Assembly: GCA_964527555.1 (NCBI GenBank)
Contig: CAZGOG010000006.1
Span: forward strand, 276 to 64,275
DNA: 64,000 bases
Source of the DNA: an uncultured Planctomycetia bacterium
GTDB taxonomy: Bacteria; Omnitrophota; Gorgyraeia; Tantalellales; Tantalellaceae
Direction of reading: 5' to 3'
Within the stretch, counting starts at the first letter, position 1. Each line of letters begins with the position of its first letter. The notes under the pieces are model-generated. The model had not been told where the DNA came from and ran no database searches. It was given only the letters and a program-made list of their open reading frames with translations. Below, one piece after another: positions 37,055 to 46,848 of the stretch. The position numbers and the translations under genes were made by a program.

Positions 37055-39256
37055 TTATCTTACTTTTTTTATTTTACACGCGATATCTTTCGAAAATTGC
37101 GGGATCTCTACGCGAAGTTCGCCCCCCTTTGACATGATCCCCTCTGTTGAAACAACCTCGCCTTTAAAGGTATCCCACCACTCGACTATATGCCTTCCCT
37201 CTTCTGCAACTTTTACCTGAAAGTAAGCGTTTTTAACCGGCTCCGGTTCTATTTCATAAAAGGTGTCTTTCCAGTTAAAGCCTTTGTTCTGCACCCAAAA
37301 AAGCATCTGGTCCCCTACTACCAGACCGATACATCTGGCATTTGCCTGGTTATCATAAACATAATCTGTAAGCGTTATTGTTTTTATACCCAGCCAGTCT
37401 TTCCCGGTATTATAAAGCGTAATCGTGTGTTTACCCTTCGGGACTTCTATCGCAAAATCCTTGTCATAAACACATTGGTAAACTTCCCACTTTCTTAGAT
37501 AGAGACTCCTTGCCCATGGCCCGTCCCCGGGGCCTGCAAAGAACCTTTTTGCCGCTACTTGCTCGCCATCCAAAAATACATGAAGATGCGCACCCTGGCT
37601 CACTGTTCCTATCCGTATAATGAACTTGCCATCGTTCGGATAATCCACATGGAAAATATGATTTATCCTTTTGTCTTTTTCTTTCTCTCCGTGAAGGAAC
37701 CTGTTTGGCTGCCCCACACCGTCAAGTTCACCGTTATCTAGAACAGTAAAAGTGTTATTGTACAGCTTGGCCCACTTATCTTCCGTTTTGATCACAGCGT
37801 TCCTGTAAGATAGTTTCGCTCCTTCCTCCATATTCAGCATCATGGGGCCGATTTCGGCATATTCCACCTTTTTTGAATCCCAGTCCACCCCATGAAGAAA
37901 CTTTGCCAAAGCGTTATAATGATAATAAAGATCTCTCGGCCGGATATAAGTGTCCCACCACCAGCTCATCGCCGTACCGAAAGATTTCGATAAGCCGGAA
38001 GACCAGAGGCTGTTATGAAGTGCGGTGCCATACCCCTTAGGGTCATAGTATTTATCATCTCTTTGTGCGTCTATCCCGCATTCCGCAATAATAAAAGGTT
38101 TATTATACCTGGAAGCGGGTTCTTTGCTTTTTTGTTCTATTAAAGGGACCATGGAATTCTCCGTGGCGTTACCGTATAGATGAACCGTTACCATACTAAC
38201 GTCGTTTAAGTCCCACACTTCCGATTCATCAGGCACCTCCCCAAACGGATACCCGAAACTTGTAGTAATAAACTGACCGTGCGGATTGATGGACCGTATA
38301 AATGAAGCCATCTCTTCCACCCATTCCGCCGGCGCGTTGTATTCGTTCCACAGTTCAAACGCGATAATGCTGGGGGAATAACTCCACCGGGAAATAATAT
38401 ATCTTAACCTGTTTTTGTACAAGCGTTTGGCTTCTTTATTGGTAAAAAACTCTTCCGGCCTTCTGCAGGGACCGCCGTTAACTTTGTTATAGGGGTTTAA
38501 GTGCCACTTGTTTTCACCCCAGTACCCTTCTTCTTCCATGAGATTGCCGTATGTGTCTATGCATAGAAGGAAATACACGCCCCGCTCTTCCATAAGTTTG
38601 ACGAGTCTGTCTATTTTCGCGGATGACGTTTGGCTGTATTCTCCGAGAGCGCCCCACTCTATGGGAAAGGACCAGCTGGAAAGCCATACTCTGGTCAAAT
38701 TCCCGCCGCACCTCTTAAGGCTGGTTAAATATCTGTCAAAAATCGATATGTGATCTTCCTGTACCCATGCAATATTATGTCCTATACCGAAAAAAGGCCT
38801 CCCCGAGCTGGAGACGAGGTAATGAGGGTTATTTTTGCTCCTGCGCAAGAAACCATCCCCTCCCCCTTTCAGTGAATCAAAAGAGTAAATTTGCGTAGTC
38901 GATTTCAGCGCCTTTGATTCCAGCTTGAGACTATACTGGTACCTGCCTTCCTCTTCGGGGGTATACCGCACCTCCCATGAAGACTTGTTCAGCCAGTTCT
39001 GGTTCTCAAGACAAAAACCGGACAAAGTAACCGTCTTGCCGGAGGGGGCGGTTATAACCATCTCCAGTTGGACCCCTAAAGAATCATTGGGGTTTTCTTT
39101 GAAATACGGAAGAGTAGCGGAAAGCTTAAAAAGCTCATACTGTTTCACCTCTTTAGGCGCGGAAGTGATAGTAATACTTTCAGCAAAACCCGGCGTGTGG
39201 CCAATAAAAGTATACATAAGTATTATAAAGAATATTTTCTTGCAGAAATTATACAT
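37055..39256 (-). CDS. Secreted glycoside hydrolase (TIM-barrel, clan GH-A-like) with an N-terminal Ig-like/accessory domain
   Basis: Has a signal peptide. The motif IIAFELWNEYN resembles the acid/base Glu in an NE motif, and IIAECGID resembles a nucleophile Glu. Size is 733 aa. Confidence 0.5.
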   Translation of the reverse strand: MYNFCKKIFFIILMYTFIGHTPGFAESITITSAPKEVKQYELFKLSATLPYFKENPNDSLGVQLEMVITAPSGKTVTLSGFCLENQNWLNKSSWEVRYTPEEEGRYQYSLKLESKALKSTTQIYSFDSLKGGGDGFLRRSKNNPHYLVSSSGRPFFGIGHNIAWVQEDHISIFDRYLTSLKRCGGNLTRVWLSSWSFPIEWGALGEYSQTSSAKIDRLVKLMEERGVYFLLCIDTYGNLMEEEGYWGENKWHLNPYNKVNGGPCRRPEEFFTNKEAKRLYKNRLRYIISRWSYSPSIIAFELWNEYNAPAEWVEEMASFIRSINPHGQFITTSFGYPFGEVPDESEVWDLNDVSMVTVHLYGNATENSMVPLIEQKSKEPASRYNKPFIIAECGIDAQRDDKYYDPKGYGTALHNSLWSSGLSKSFGTAMSWWWDTYIRPRDLYYHYNALAKFLHGVDWDSKKVEYAEIGPMMLNMEEGAKLSYRNAVIKTEDKWAKLYNNTFTVLDNGELDGVGQPNRFLHGEKEKDKRINHIFHVDYPNDGKFIIRIGTVSQGAHLHVFLDGEQVAAKRFFAGPGDGPWARSLYLRKWEVYQCVYDKDFAIEVPKGKHTITLYNTGKDWLGIKTITLTDYVYDNQANARCIGLVVGDQMLFWVQNKGFNWKDTFYEIEPEPVKNAYFQVKVAEEGRHIVEWWDTFKGEVVSTEGIMSKGGELRVEIPQFSKDIACKIKKVR

Positions 39257-39384
39257 GTGCTAGATTTTATCATATTAGTAGAGGAGCCAAAAGCATAAAG
39301 AATGGGAATTTTTCAGTCTGGATAAGCCGTATTTCAAGCTCTGAAAGGCACATTGTCCCGCATGCCAAGAGTATACATACAAAT

Positions 39385-40377
39385 CTAGCAAATGCGCGGC
39401 AGCTGATCCGTCTCAAGCATAGGCAGTATCCGGTTTGCCCCGGCTGTTGTCTTTAAATAAACCTCTTTTTTGTGCCGGCTCGTCACTTCCCCTATGATCC
39501 TTGCTTCCGGGCCAAGCGCTTTTTTGACCTTCCCTGCATCCTTTTCACCGGCAAAACAGATAAATTTTCCTTCGTTTGCCACATATAAGGGGTCAAAACC
39601 CAGAACATCACACAGGCTTTTTACGTTTTTTTTGATCGGGATATCTTTTTCGTTTATCTCTATACCGAAATCGGATGCCCCTGCTATCTCATTAAGCGCT
39701 GTTGCCAGGCCTCCTCTAGTCGGATCACGCATAACGCTGATATTTTTTGAGGCTTTAAGGGCTTTTTCTGCCGCAAAGTTCAGGTTAGCGCAATCACTTT
39801 TTATTCCTGACTCAAACCCGAGATTCTCTCTTGCGTTAAGAATAGCCATCCCATGCTCGGCTATCCCCCCATTAATCAGTATAACATCCCCGGCTTTTGC
39901 TTTTGCGCCGATTCTGAATCCTTTACGCTCTATAACGCCTATACCGCTGGTATTGATAAAAATCTTGTCGCAGGCTCCTCTTTCAACTACTTTCAGGTCA
40001 CCTGTGACAACTTTAACGCCTGCCTTCCGGGAAGATTCTCTTACAGAAGAAGCGATCCTGTCTAAAACGGAGAACTCAAGTCCTTCTTCGATAATAAGCG
40101 CAAGTGAAATAAATAGCGGTTTTGCCCCTTTCATGGATATATCGTTCACCGTACCGCATATGGAAAGTTTGCCGATATCACCTCCCGGGAAAAAGAGCGG
40201 TTTTACCACGAAGGAATCAGTGCTGAACGCCAGATGCCCCGTACCCGTATAAAGCTCCGCGGCATCCGTCATCTCATTAAGAGCTTTATTCGAAAATTTA
40301 ATACGTAAAAGCTCAATAATTTCGTGCATAAGCCTTCCGCCGTTACCGTGTGCGAGTGTTATTTTTTTCTCTTTCAT
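39385..40377 (-). CDS. hypE: Hydrogenase maturation protein HypE
   Basis: The N-terminus reads ITLAHGNGG, the AIR-synthase-like fold is present, and the C-terminus ends PRIC (the Cys that is cyanated). Size is 330 aa. Confidence 0.9.
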   Translation of the reverse strand: MKEKKITLAHGNGGRLMHEIIELLRIKFSNKALNEMTDAAELYTGTGHLAFSTDSFVVKPLFFPGGDIGKLSICGTVNDISMKGAKPLFISLALIIEEGLEFSVLDRIASSVRESSRKAGVKVVTGDLKVVERGACDKIFINTSGIGVIERKGFRIGAKAKAGDVILINGGIAEHGMAILNARENLGFESGIKSDCANLNFAAEKALKASKNISVMRDPTRGGLATALNEIAGASDFGIEINEKDIPIKKNVKSLCDVLGFDPLYVANEGKFICFAGEKDAGKVKKALGPEARIIGEVTSRHKKEVYLKTTAGANRILPMLETDQLPRIC

Positions 40378-40396
40378 TCGCCTCCGTAGCGTTTAA

Positions 40397-41413
40397 TTAA
40401 CCGCCGTATTTATAATATGCAGCGCAAGTGCCTTCTGAAGAGACCATACACGGGCCGACAGGGGTTTGCGGAGTACATTTCTTCCCGAAAAGAACGCAGT
40501 TCTTCGGTGATTTTATACCCTGGAGAACCGCCCCGCAAACGCATCCCTTCGGCACGGCCGGCTTAGGCACTTTTACCTTGAACTCTTTCTCGGCGTCAAA
40601 CCTCTCGTATTCTTTTTTCAGTTTTAAGCCGCTTTTTGCAATCTCCCCGATCCCGCGCCAGTGGCTGCTTCTGGCCTCAAACGCTTTTTCCAGCACTTTT
40701 TTAGCTTTTACATTTCCGCCTTTAGCGACTGCTCTTTTATATTCGATCTCCACTTTGCTTGAATGAGCCCGTACCTGATCAACAAGGCGTTTTATGCCGT
40801 TTATTATATCGCTGTCATCAAACCCAGTTATGACGCAGGGTTTGCCGTAACGCTTTGCCACGCATTCATAGGGAACGCTTCCGGTTATAACGCTGACGTG
40901 CCCCGGGCAAATAAAGCCGTCCACCTTGATTCGCTTAGAAGAAGCAAGCGCCTCAAGCGCCGGAAAAAGAACTTTGAAATTCGAAAGGATAAAAAAGTTC
41001 CGCACCTTGCGCTTTTCTGCTTCCAGAACTGTCGAAGCAACCGTAGGAGAGGTCGTTTCAAACCCCACTCCCATGAAAACTACTTTTTTCAAGGGATTAT
41101 CTTCGGCTATTTTTAAGGCATCAGTGCACGAGTATACTATACGCACGTCGGCTCCGTCTCTTTTAGCCCCTTCCAGACTTCCGCCGGTGCCTGGGACCCT
41201 CATCATATCACCAAATGTGGCCATAATGACATCTTTCGTACCGGCTATTTTTACGGCCCTGTCTATATCGCTTTGCGGGGTAACGCATACCGGGCAACCC
41301 GGGCCGGAGATTAGTTCTATCTCTCGAGGCAAGAGTTTTTTTATCCCGGATCTGGCGATTGCCATCGTATGCGTCCCGCACACTTCCATAAGTCTTATTT
41401 TTTTCTTTTTCAT
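40397..41413 (-). CDS. hypD: Hydrogenase maturation protein HypD
   Basis: Has the EVCGTHT-type N-terminal motif (MEVCGTHTMAI), GPGCPVCV and the FxxPGH motif, at 338 aa. Confidence 0.9.
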   Translation of the reverse strand: MKKKKIRLMEVCGTHTMAIARSGIKKLLPREIELISGPGCPVCVTPQSDIDRAVKIAGTKDVIMATFGDMMRVPGTGGSLEGAKRDGADVRIVYSCTDALKIAEDNPLKKVVFMGVGFETTSPTVASTVLEAEKRKVRNFFILSNFKVLFPALEALASSKRIKVDGFICPGHVSVITGSVPYECVAKRYGKPCVITGFDDSDIINGIKRLVDQVRAHSSKVEIEYKRAVAKGGNVKAKKVLEKAFEARSSHWRGIGEIAKSGLKLKKEYERFDAEKEFKVKVPKPAVPKGCVCGAVLQGIKSPKNCVLFGKKCTPQTPVGPCMVSSEGTCAAYYKYGG

Positions 41414-41414
41414 A

Positions 41415-41654
41415 CTATTTCCCGCCGGTATCTTCCCTTATTGTGCGTTTCAGTTCGTCAAGCGCCTTGAGCGTCTCTTGAGCTTCTTTTTTAGCGACTT
41501 TTCCTATAGCAAAACCGGCATGTACGAGGACATAGTCACCCTTTTTAACGCCGCTAAGAATCCCAAGCGATATTTCTTTTTTCGCGCCGCCAAAGTCTAC
41601 CACGGCGACATCTTTCTTTATATTTTTTACCTCAGCAGGAACCGCTAAACACAT
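41415..41654 (-). CDS. hypC: Hydrogenase maturation protein HypC
   Basis: Starts MCLAVP with Cys2, at 79 aa. Its stop overlaps the hypD start. Confidence 0.85.
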   Translation of the reverse strand: MCLAVPAEVKNIKKDVAVVDFGGAKKEISLGILSGVKKGDYVLVHAGFAIGKVAKKEAQETLKALDELKRTIREDTGGK

Positions 41655-41661
41655 AATATCC

Positions 41662-42732
41662 TTAGTTTAAATCCGCATTTAACGCCATGTAATACTGTCC
41701 AAGCGCTACATTGAGGTCATTTACAGGCACCTTATTATTTGTAAAGACTTTAAAGCGCAGTGCAACCAGCTCCTTGATGCATCTTTCCCTTAAGAATCCG
41801 TTCTGGAAGACTCCGCCGCTTAAAACTGTATTTTTAATACCGCTCTCTTTAGAGATTTTCTTAACAGTTTCAATGATTATCTTTATCATAGAATTATGAA
41901 ATTTAGTGGCGATAGTTTCTTTGCTTTTTTCTTTTTTCTTGTCCTCTAGCAGAGCGAGAAATATCTTTTTAGGATCTACAACTATTAGTCCCTTTTCATC
42001 TGCTAGATCAAAAGGGTAACTGCCCTTAACTTTCTTGCTGCATAAAGACTCAAGTTTTATGGGGCCTTCCGCTTCGTACGAGGCGTATTCGCATATTCCG
42101 AGAAGTGCCGCAGCAGCATCAAAAAGTCTTCCGGCACTTGACGATAAAGGCGAATTTAACCCCTTCTCCAGCATCTTTAAAACTAGAAACTTTTCTTCCT
42201 TAGGCGCCTCTTTTATTGCAGAAAGCCCGCTTTTTCCCAGTATGCTCAAGACCATGCGCCATGGCTCCAGAACCGCTTTATCACCGCCGGGAAGCATCTG
42301 ATACTTTAGATGCGCTACTCTTTTAAAATGTTTACCCCTAACCGTAAAAAACTCTCCGCCCCATATATTCCCGTCCGTCCCGTATCCGGTCCCGTCAAAG
42401 GAAACACCGATAACCGGCTCTTTCAGCCCGCGTTCATATATCACGCTTGCTATATGCGCGTGATGATGCTGGAAAGCCAGAAGAGTACTCTTCGGAAGTT
42501 TTAAAGATATTTCTTTCGCCAGAGACGATGAAAAATAACCCGGATGCATGTCGCAGGCTATTAACTTCGGCATGACTTTTTTAAGGGCTTTTTGCACTTC
42601 TTTCCTGACTAACGCATAATTTTCTGCATTGCTTAAATCCTGTATATCCGGTCCGAACAAGAGACTTCTTCCCCCGGAGAGAAGAAACCTGTTTTTCGTG
42701 TCAGATCCGAGGGCAAGAACTGTTTTTTTCAT
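41662..42732 (-). CDS. HypF C-terminal (Kae1/carbamoyltransferase-like) domain only
   Basis: ACDMHPGYFSS, HHHAHIASV and LSGGVFQN match the HypF C-terminal half. At 356 aa it has no acylphosphatase, zinc-finger or YrdC-like domains. Confidence 0.7.
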   Translation of the reverse strand: MKKTVLALGSDTKNRFLLSGGRSLLFGPDIQDLSNAENYALVRKEVQKALKKVMPKLIACDMHPGYFSSSLAKEISLKLPKSTLLAFQHHHAHIASVIYERGLKEPVIGVSFDGTGYGTDGNIWGGEFFTVRGKHFKRVAHLKYQMLPGGDKAVLEPWRMVLSILGKSGLSAIKEAPKEEKFLVLKMLEKGLNSPLSSSAGRLFDAAAALLGICEYASYEAEGPIKLESLCSKKVKGSYPFDLADEKGLIVVDPKKIFLALLEDKKKEKSKETIATKFHNSMIKIIIETVKKISKESGIKNTVLSGGVFQNGFLRERCIKELVALRFKVFTNNKVPVNDLNVALGQYYMALNADLN

Positions 42733-42743
42733 ATTGTTTTCTC

Positions 42744-42986
42744 TTACTCCACATCAAACGAAAGAACCTGGACGATCGTACCCGGAAACATCGTTATCTC
42801 AAGCGAAGCATCCTCCAGCATGGTGCCCTTCGCTAAAACTTTAAAGGTTTCCCGGAATGAATCTTCCCTGACGCAGGTAAGGTTCCCCACCTTGAGTTTA
42901 ACTTTCGTCACCGTGCTTGCCCCTTCTTCTCTGGCATGTTTTTCTATTCCTTCGATTACCGGCTTTATTAAATGCGTTTCATGCAT
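42744..42986 (-). CDS. HypA-like nickel-binding domain protein lacking the zinc-finger module
   Basis: Starts MHETHL, carrying the MHE Ni-binding N-terminus. At 80 aa it has no CxxC pairs. It sits between the protease and the HypF-like gene. Confidence 0.5.
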   Translation of the reverse strand: MHETHLIKPVIEGIEKHAREEGASTVTKVKLKVGNLTCVREDSFRETFKVLAKGTMLEDASLEITMFPGTIVQVLSFDVE

Positions 42987-43464
42987 TATACGCCTCCTCT
43001 ATGAGTTGAGTCATCTCATCAAGCGTCTTTTTCACGTTAGGCGAGACTTCTTCGCCAAAATCGACATTCTCCGGCTGAACGGCCAGCATATAAATATCGG
43101 CGGCCAGCTCCTTCTCAAGGTATTCAATAAACATGACCGGTGAAAGGTCATGCGTGGTAAACCCGGATCTGACTATGTCTTTCTTCTTCAAAATATCGTA
43201 TTCGCCGCTAGCCATGCCCAGCTGTGCCGCATCAGCAATAAGAACCGTTCGTGGAGCCCTCTTGACGATCTTACCCAGATAGTTTTCTGGAGCCGTCCCG
43301 GCATCGATGCACACAGCGCCGATCCTATCCTTTATCCTTTCGATTAAAAGAGGTCCGAAAGCATCGTCGCCCCTTAGGACGTTACCCACCCCTACTATCA
43401 AGCACTCCTTTTTAAACACAGCCTGAAGAGTACGGTATATTTTTTGTTTTTTGTTTTTCATCAC
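42979..43464 (-). CDS. [NiFe]-hydrogenase maturation endopeptidase (HycI/HybD family)
   Basis: Has the LIVGVGNVLRGDDAFG motif at 161 aa. The large subunit it would process carries a C-terminal extension after DPCYCCTER. Confidence 0.85.
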   Translation of the reverse strand: MMKNKKQKIYRTLQAVFKKECLIVGVGNVLRGDDAFGPLLIERIKDRIGAVCIDAGTAPENYLGKIVKRAPRTVLIADAAQLGMASGEYDILKKKDIVRSGFTTHDLSPVMFIEYLEKELAADIYMLAVQPENVDFGEEVSPNVKKTLDEMTQLIEEAYNA

Positions 43465-43500
43465 GTGGAAGCGGTTAAAATCACCCGCATTAGTTGCTTT

Positions 43501-44169
43501 TTAGCCTTCTTCGTTCTCTTTCGTAGTAAGAGTGGTTTCTCTCCTACAGCGCGCGCAAAGGATCTTCACCCTGTCGGAACGGCCGTAATCCTTCATCGCG
43601 GAGATAATATTATTATCTACAATACCAAGACTTTTAAGGCGGGCTAGGTATAAGGTGGGACTTGAATAGGTCAACTCCCCTATTTTCTCAGAGATCCATT
43701 TCAGGTGATCCTTGCAGGCGATCACATCGCCGCACACCTCACAGAGCTGAAGCTCCTTCTCAATCGTCTCCTGAGCTTCACCCCTGTCAAAGAAGGCAAG
43801 ATCCCAGTCATTGGAGAGTTTAATACCTTCATTATCAGCGATACAGGCGGCTTCACACTGGCCGCAGAATATGCAGGTATCTGTATAATGGATGAGCGTC
43901 CTTTTCGGCTTTTCAGAATCAGTCTCATCCTTGTAATCAAGTGCCTCCACGGGACAGACCTGCACGCATGCAAGGCATCCCACGCACTTTTCGTCATTAT
44001 ATTTGGGTTGTCCCCGAAAGTTCTTATGCGCGACGTGCGCTACTTTAGGGAATTTAGACGTATACGGCCCTTTTATAAGCGCTTTTATCGCTTCTATAAG
44101 CTCCCTTATTTTGGGTTTCGGTATCCTCATCCTATATCTCACCCTCTTTATCTTCAGCATACCTGTCAA
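43501..44169 (-). CDS. NuoI/MbhN-like 2x[4Fe-4S] subunit of the membrane-bound hydrogenase (the start may be the internal MRIP at about 44130)
   Basis: Has two CxxCxxCxxxCP motifs (CVGCLACVQVCP, CIFCGQCEAAC) plus an extra C-terminal Cys-containing extension. Confidence 0.7.
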   Translation of the reverse strand: MTGMLKIKRVRYRMRIPKPKIRELIEAIKALIKGPYTSKFPKVAHVAHKNFRGQPKYNDEKCVGCLACVQVCPVEALDYKDETDSEKPKRTLIHYTDTCIFCGQCEAACIADNEGIKLSNDWDLAFFDRGEAQETIEKELQLCEVCGDVIACKDHLKWISEKIGELTYSSPTLYLARLKSLGIVDNNIISAMKDYGRSDRVKILCARCRRETTLTTKENEEG

Positions 44170-44467
44170 TAACGCTTTTTTCCCAGAGCTTGACTCCCGC
44201 TCTATGCGCGCCTCTTGCCACTGCGTGCGCTGCTACCGGTGCCGTCAAAAGTATGAACACTATGCAAAGAAGAGATTTAAGACCGGCTGCCGTGAACCCC
44301 ACTACCAGGAACGTCCCGAAGAGGATACTGCAAGTACCCAGCGTAACGCTTTTTGTCGCAGCCTGGAGACGGTTATATACGTCCGGCAGCCTCACCAGCC
44401 CCAGACAGCCGAAAAGGTCAAACGCAAGACCAACAGCAATAAAGACTAACCCGATAATATTACTCAT
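44132..44467 (-). CDS. mrpG: Mrp antiporter subunit G (MnhG/MbhC-like)
   Basis: A small 3-TM protein whose N-terminus IIGLVFIAVGLAFDLFGCLGLVRLPDVYNRL is typical of MnhG. Confidence 0.8.
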   Translation of the reverse strand: MSNIIGLVFIAVGLAFDLFGCLGLVRLPDVYNRLQAATKSVTLGTCSILFGTFLVVGFTAAGLKSLLCIVFILLTAPVAAHAVARGAHRAGVKLWEKSVIDRYAEDKEGEI

Positions 44468-44837
44468 CGAAACCTTTTCCTTCTAAATATTTTGAAAGTG
44501 CAAGCGTCCCTATAAAACTTTGAAGCGCCCAGGCTATACCAATGTCTATATACCATGACCTGCCGGTCGAAATCGTCAAAACGGAACAAAAACCGATTAT
44601 CATGATACCGAAAATATCTATCGCAACGATCCTATCGGCGCCTGTAGGCCCCCTGAATATGCGGTAAAGGCAAAGCGCACAGGCAAGAACCAGTATATAC
44701 ATGGCCCTGCCTAAAAACCCGACAAAGGGAAGATCAGGATAAAAAAGAAACGGAAACGGCCTTATTAGGATAAGGGTGATTATGGTAATGAGTGAAAGAG
44801 CCCCTAAGATCCATCTTAATATCTTCATGTTTTTCAA
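44460..44837 (-). CDS. mrpF: Mrp antiporter subunit F (MnhF/MbhB-like)
   Basis: 125 aa with 3 TM helices and the GPTGADRIVAIDI motif of MrpF. Confidence 0.8.
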   Translation of the reverse strand: MKNMKILRWILGALSLITIITLILIRPFPFLFYPDLPFVGFLGRAMYILVLACALCLYRIFRGPTGADRIVAIDIFGIMIIGFCSVLTISTGRSWYIDIGIAWALQSFIGTLALSKYLEGKGFDE

Positions 44838-44844
44838 TTATCCC

Positions 44845-45342
44845 TTATTCAAAGATTTTAGCTAAAATATCCTCAAACCTCTCCACAATCACTTTTGTTG
44901 CGGAAGAGACGTCTTTCTCCGTTACATTGATCCAGTGTATATAGAGAACGCCGCCCTCCCTGTCGATATCAACGCTCATGGTCCCCGGTGTAAGGGTTAT
45001 GGAATTAGCCAGAAAGGTGAGCGCCGTATCCGACTTAAGTTTAGTCTTAACCTTGACGATTCCCGGGTTTATCGGAAGCTTTGGATGCGTTACGCGATAC
45101 GCAACATCGATATTCGCTTTCAGACACTCCCATAAAAACCTCGGCACATAATAAGCTATAAAATACCAGTAACGGTGCGGGTGTTTAAGTATCTGGGGTC
45201 TGGTTATAAAAAGATCGCCCGTCGCAGCGGCGACAAAAGCTACTATAAAAACCCCGACTAAAAGATGCTGCCAGTCCGGTGGCCACGTCAGCATGCACCA
45301 TATAACAAAACCACAAACAAATAAGACTAATTTCTGTTTCAT
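44845..45342 (-). CDS. mrpE: Mrp antiporter subunit E (MnhE/MbhA-like)
   Basis: An N-terminal 2-TM region is followed by a soluble domain at 165 aa. It sits in the MrpD-E-F-G order. Confidence 0.75.
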   Translation of the reverse strand: MKQKLVLFVCGFVIWCMLTWPPDWQHLLVGVFIVAFVAAATGDLFITRPQILKHPHRYWYFIAYYVPRFLWECLKANIDVAYRVTHPKLPINPGIVKVKTKLKSDTALTFLANSITLTPGTMSVDIDREGGVLYIHWINVTEKDVSSATKVIVERFEDILAKIFE

Positions 45343-46848
45343 TTATCCGATCCCTTTGAAAACAATAGCGGCATATTTAGTTCCCTCTAAAAGGGCGTCT
45401 GCCGCCTGTGAAAGAAAATCCGTCTTTACCGCGCCCACCAGGAGAAGCCCTCCCAGAACACATATAAGCGCTAAGGCGCTCATGGCGAGTTTCATGAAGA
45501 CGGGCACCTCTTTCACCTGGTCCCATTTCTTTTTTAAGCGGTCGAAAAAGGCATATTTCATGACTTTCATGAAAGATGCAAGAGTCAATACGCTCGCTAT
45601 GACCGCCCATAAAGCGTAGCCGTAGCGCCCTGCCTGGACTGCCGCGATGATTATAATAAGCTTGCTCCAGAAGCCGTTAAAAGGCGGCACCCCCGCAATA
45701 GACATCGAAGCGATAAGACTCGTCGCTCCGGTAACGGGCATTTTCTCCGCCAGGCCGCCCATTTCCTTGAGATCACGCGTTCCCGTTGAATATTCGACAG
45801 CGCCGGAATTCAAGAAAAGCAGCGACTTAAACACGGAATGGTTAAAAAGATGAAATAACCCTCCCAGAATACCCAGCGGCGTAGCCAGGCCTATACCGAG
45901 CACTACATAACCTATCTGACTTATCGAATGATACGCAAGAAGCCTTTTAAAATCCCACTGCCCTATAGCCAGGAAAACCCCTATTACCATAGATAGCGTC
46001 CCGAGAACTAAAAGTATGGAGGAGATCTCGGCGCTCATACCGATGACATTGTACAAGATCCTGCAAAGCGCATATATACCGAGAGATTTTATGAGCACTC
46101 CCGAAAGCATCGCCGAAATAGGCGCCGGTGCGGAAGGATGGGCATCCGGGAGCCATGCATGGAACGGGACAAGCGCCGCTTTAAGCCCGAACCCCATGAC
46201 GAAGAGTACCGTTACCATCACCGTTATGTCGCCGCCGCCTTTTGCCGCAAGTACCTGCGCCATATCCGCCATATTAAGAGTGGAAGTATAACTGTACAGG
46301 AAAACAATACCCAGAAGAACGAAAAGCGAAGCCACGGTACTCATGATAGCGTACTTAAAAGCGGCTTCGAGCTCATGCTTCTCCGTCCCGAAAGCGACCA
46401 GCGCGTAACTTGCTACAGACGCTATCTCAAGAAAAACAAACAGGTTGAACATGTCGCCCGTTATAATGACCCCGTTCATCCCGGCAAGCATCAGGAGAAA
46501 CAATGAGTAAAACTTCCACTTGGAGGTATACTTTTCCATATAATTTATCGAAAAAACAGCTATTATAAAAGCGACCAGGTTCACCGTGACCAGCATGAAC
46601 GATGTCAGCCCGTCCAGCACCATGGCGATACCAATGGGAGGTTTCCAGGCACCGACGCTATATACCAAAGTACCGTTCTGGTTTACGACCCAGACCGATA
46701 CAAGCGAAAGCGCCATGAGAGCTAAAGTAAACACCCCTCCCGTCAGGTCGGGCGCCCACTTCACCTTTTTGCCTATAAGCGGCAGGAGGAACGCCCCGGC
46801 CAGAGGCAGTGCGACAAAAAGCGGTATTATATTAGATGCCGGCATCAT
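45343..46848 (-). CDS. mrpD: Mrp antiporter subunit D (NuoN/MbhH-like proton-pumping subunit)
   Basis: A 501-aa polytopic protein of the NuoL/M/N family (WLPDAHPSAPAPISAMLSG). Confidence 0.85.
   Translation of the reverse strand: MMPASNIIPLFVALPLAGAFLLPLIGKKVKWAPDLTGGVFTLALMALSLVSVWVVNQNGTLVYSVGAWKPPIGIAMVLDGLTSFMLVTVNLVAFIIAVFSINYMEKYTSKWKFYSLFLLMLAGMNGVIITGDMFNLFVFLEIASVASYALVAFGTEKHELEAAFKYAIMSTVASLFVLLGIVFLYSYTSTLNMADMAQVLAAKGGGDITVMVTVLFVMGFGLKAALVPFHAWLPDAHPSAPAPISAMLSGVLIKSLGIYALCRILYNVIGMSAEISSILLVLGTLSMVIGVFLAIGQWDFKRLLAYHSISQIGYVVLGIGLATPLGILGGLFHLFNHSVFKSLLFLNSGAVEYSTGTRDLKEMGGLAEKMPVTGATSLIASMSIAGVPPFNGFWSKLIIIIAAVQAGRYGYALWAVIASVLTLASFMKVMKYAFFDRLKKKWDQVKEVPVFMKLAMSALALICVLGGLLLVGAVKTDFLSQAADALLEGTKYAAIVFKGIG

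Noticed and set aside
39470-41648. Long plus-strand ORFs of 260, 240 and 117 aa antisense to hypE, hypD and hypC
   Set aside because: They lie entirely inside well-supported minus-strand genes. Their Ser/Pro/Leu-rich low-complexity translations are typical of antisense frames.
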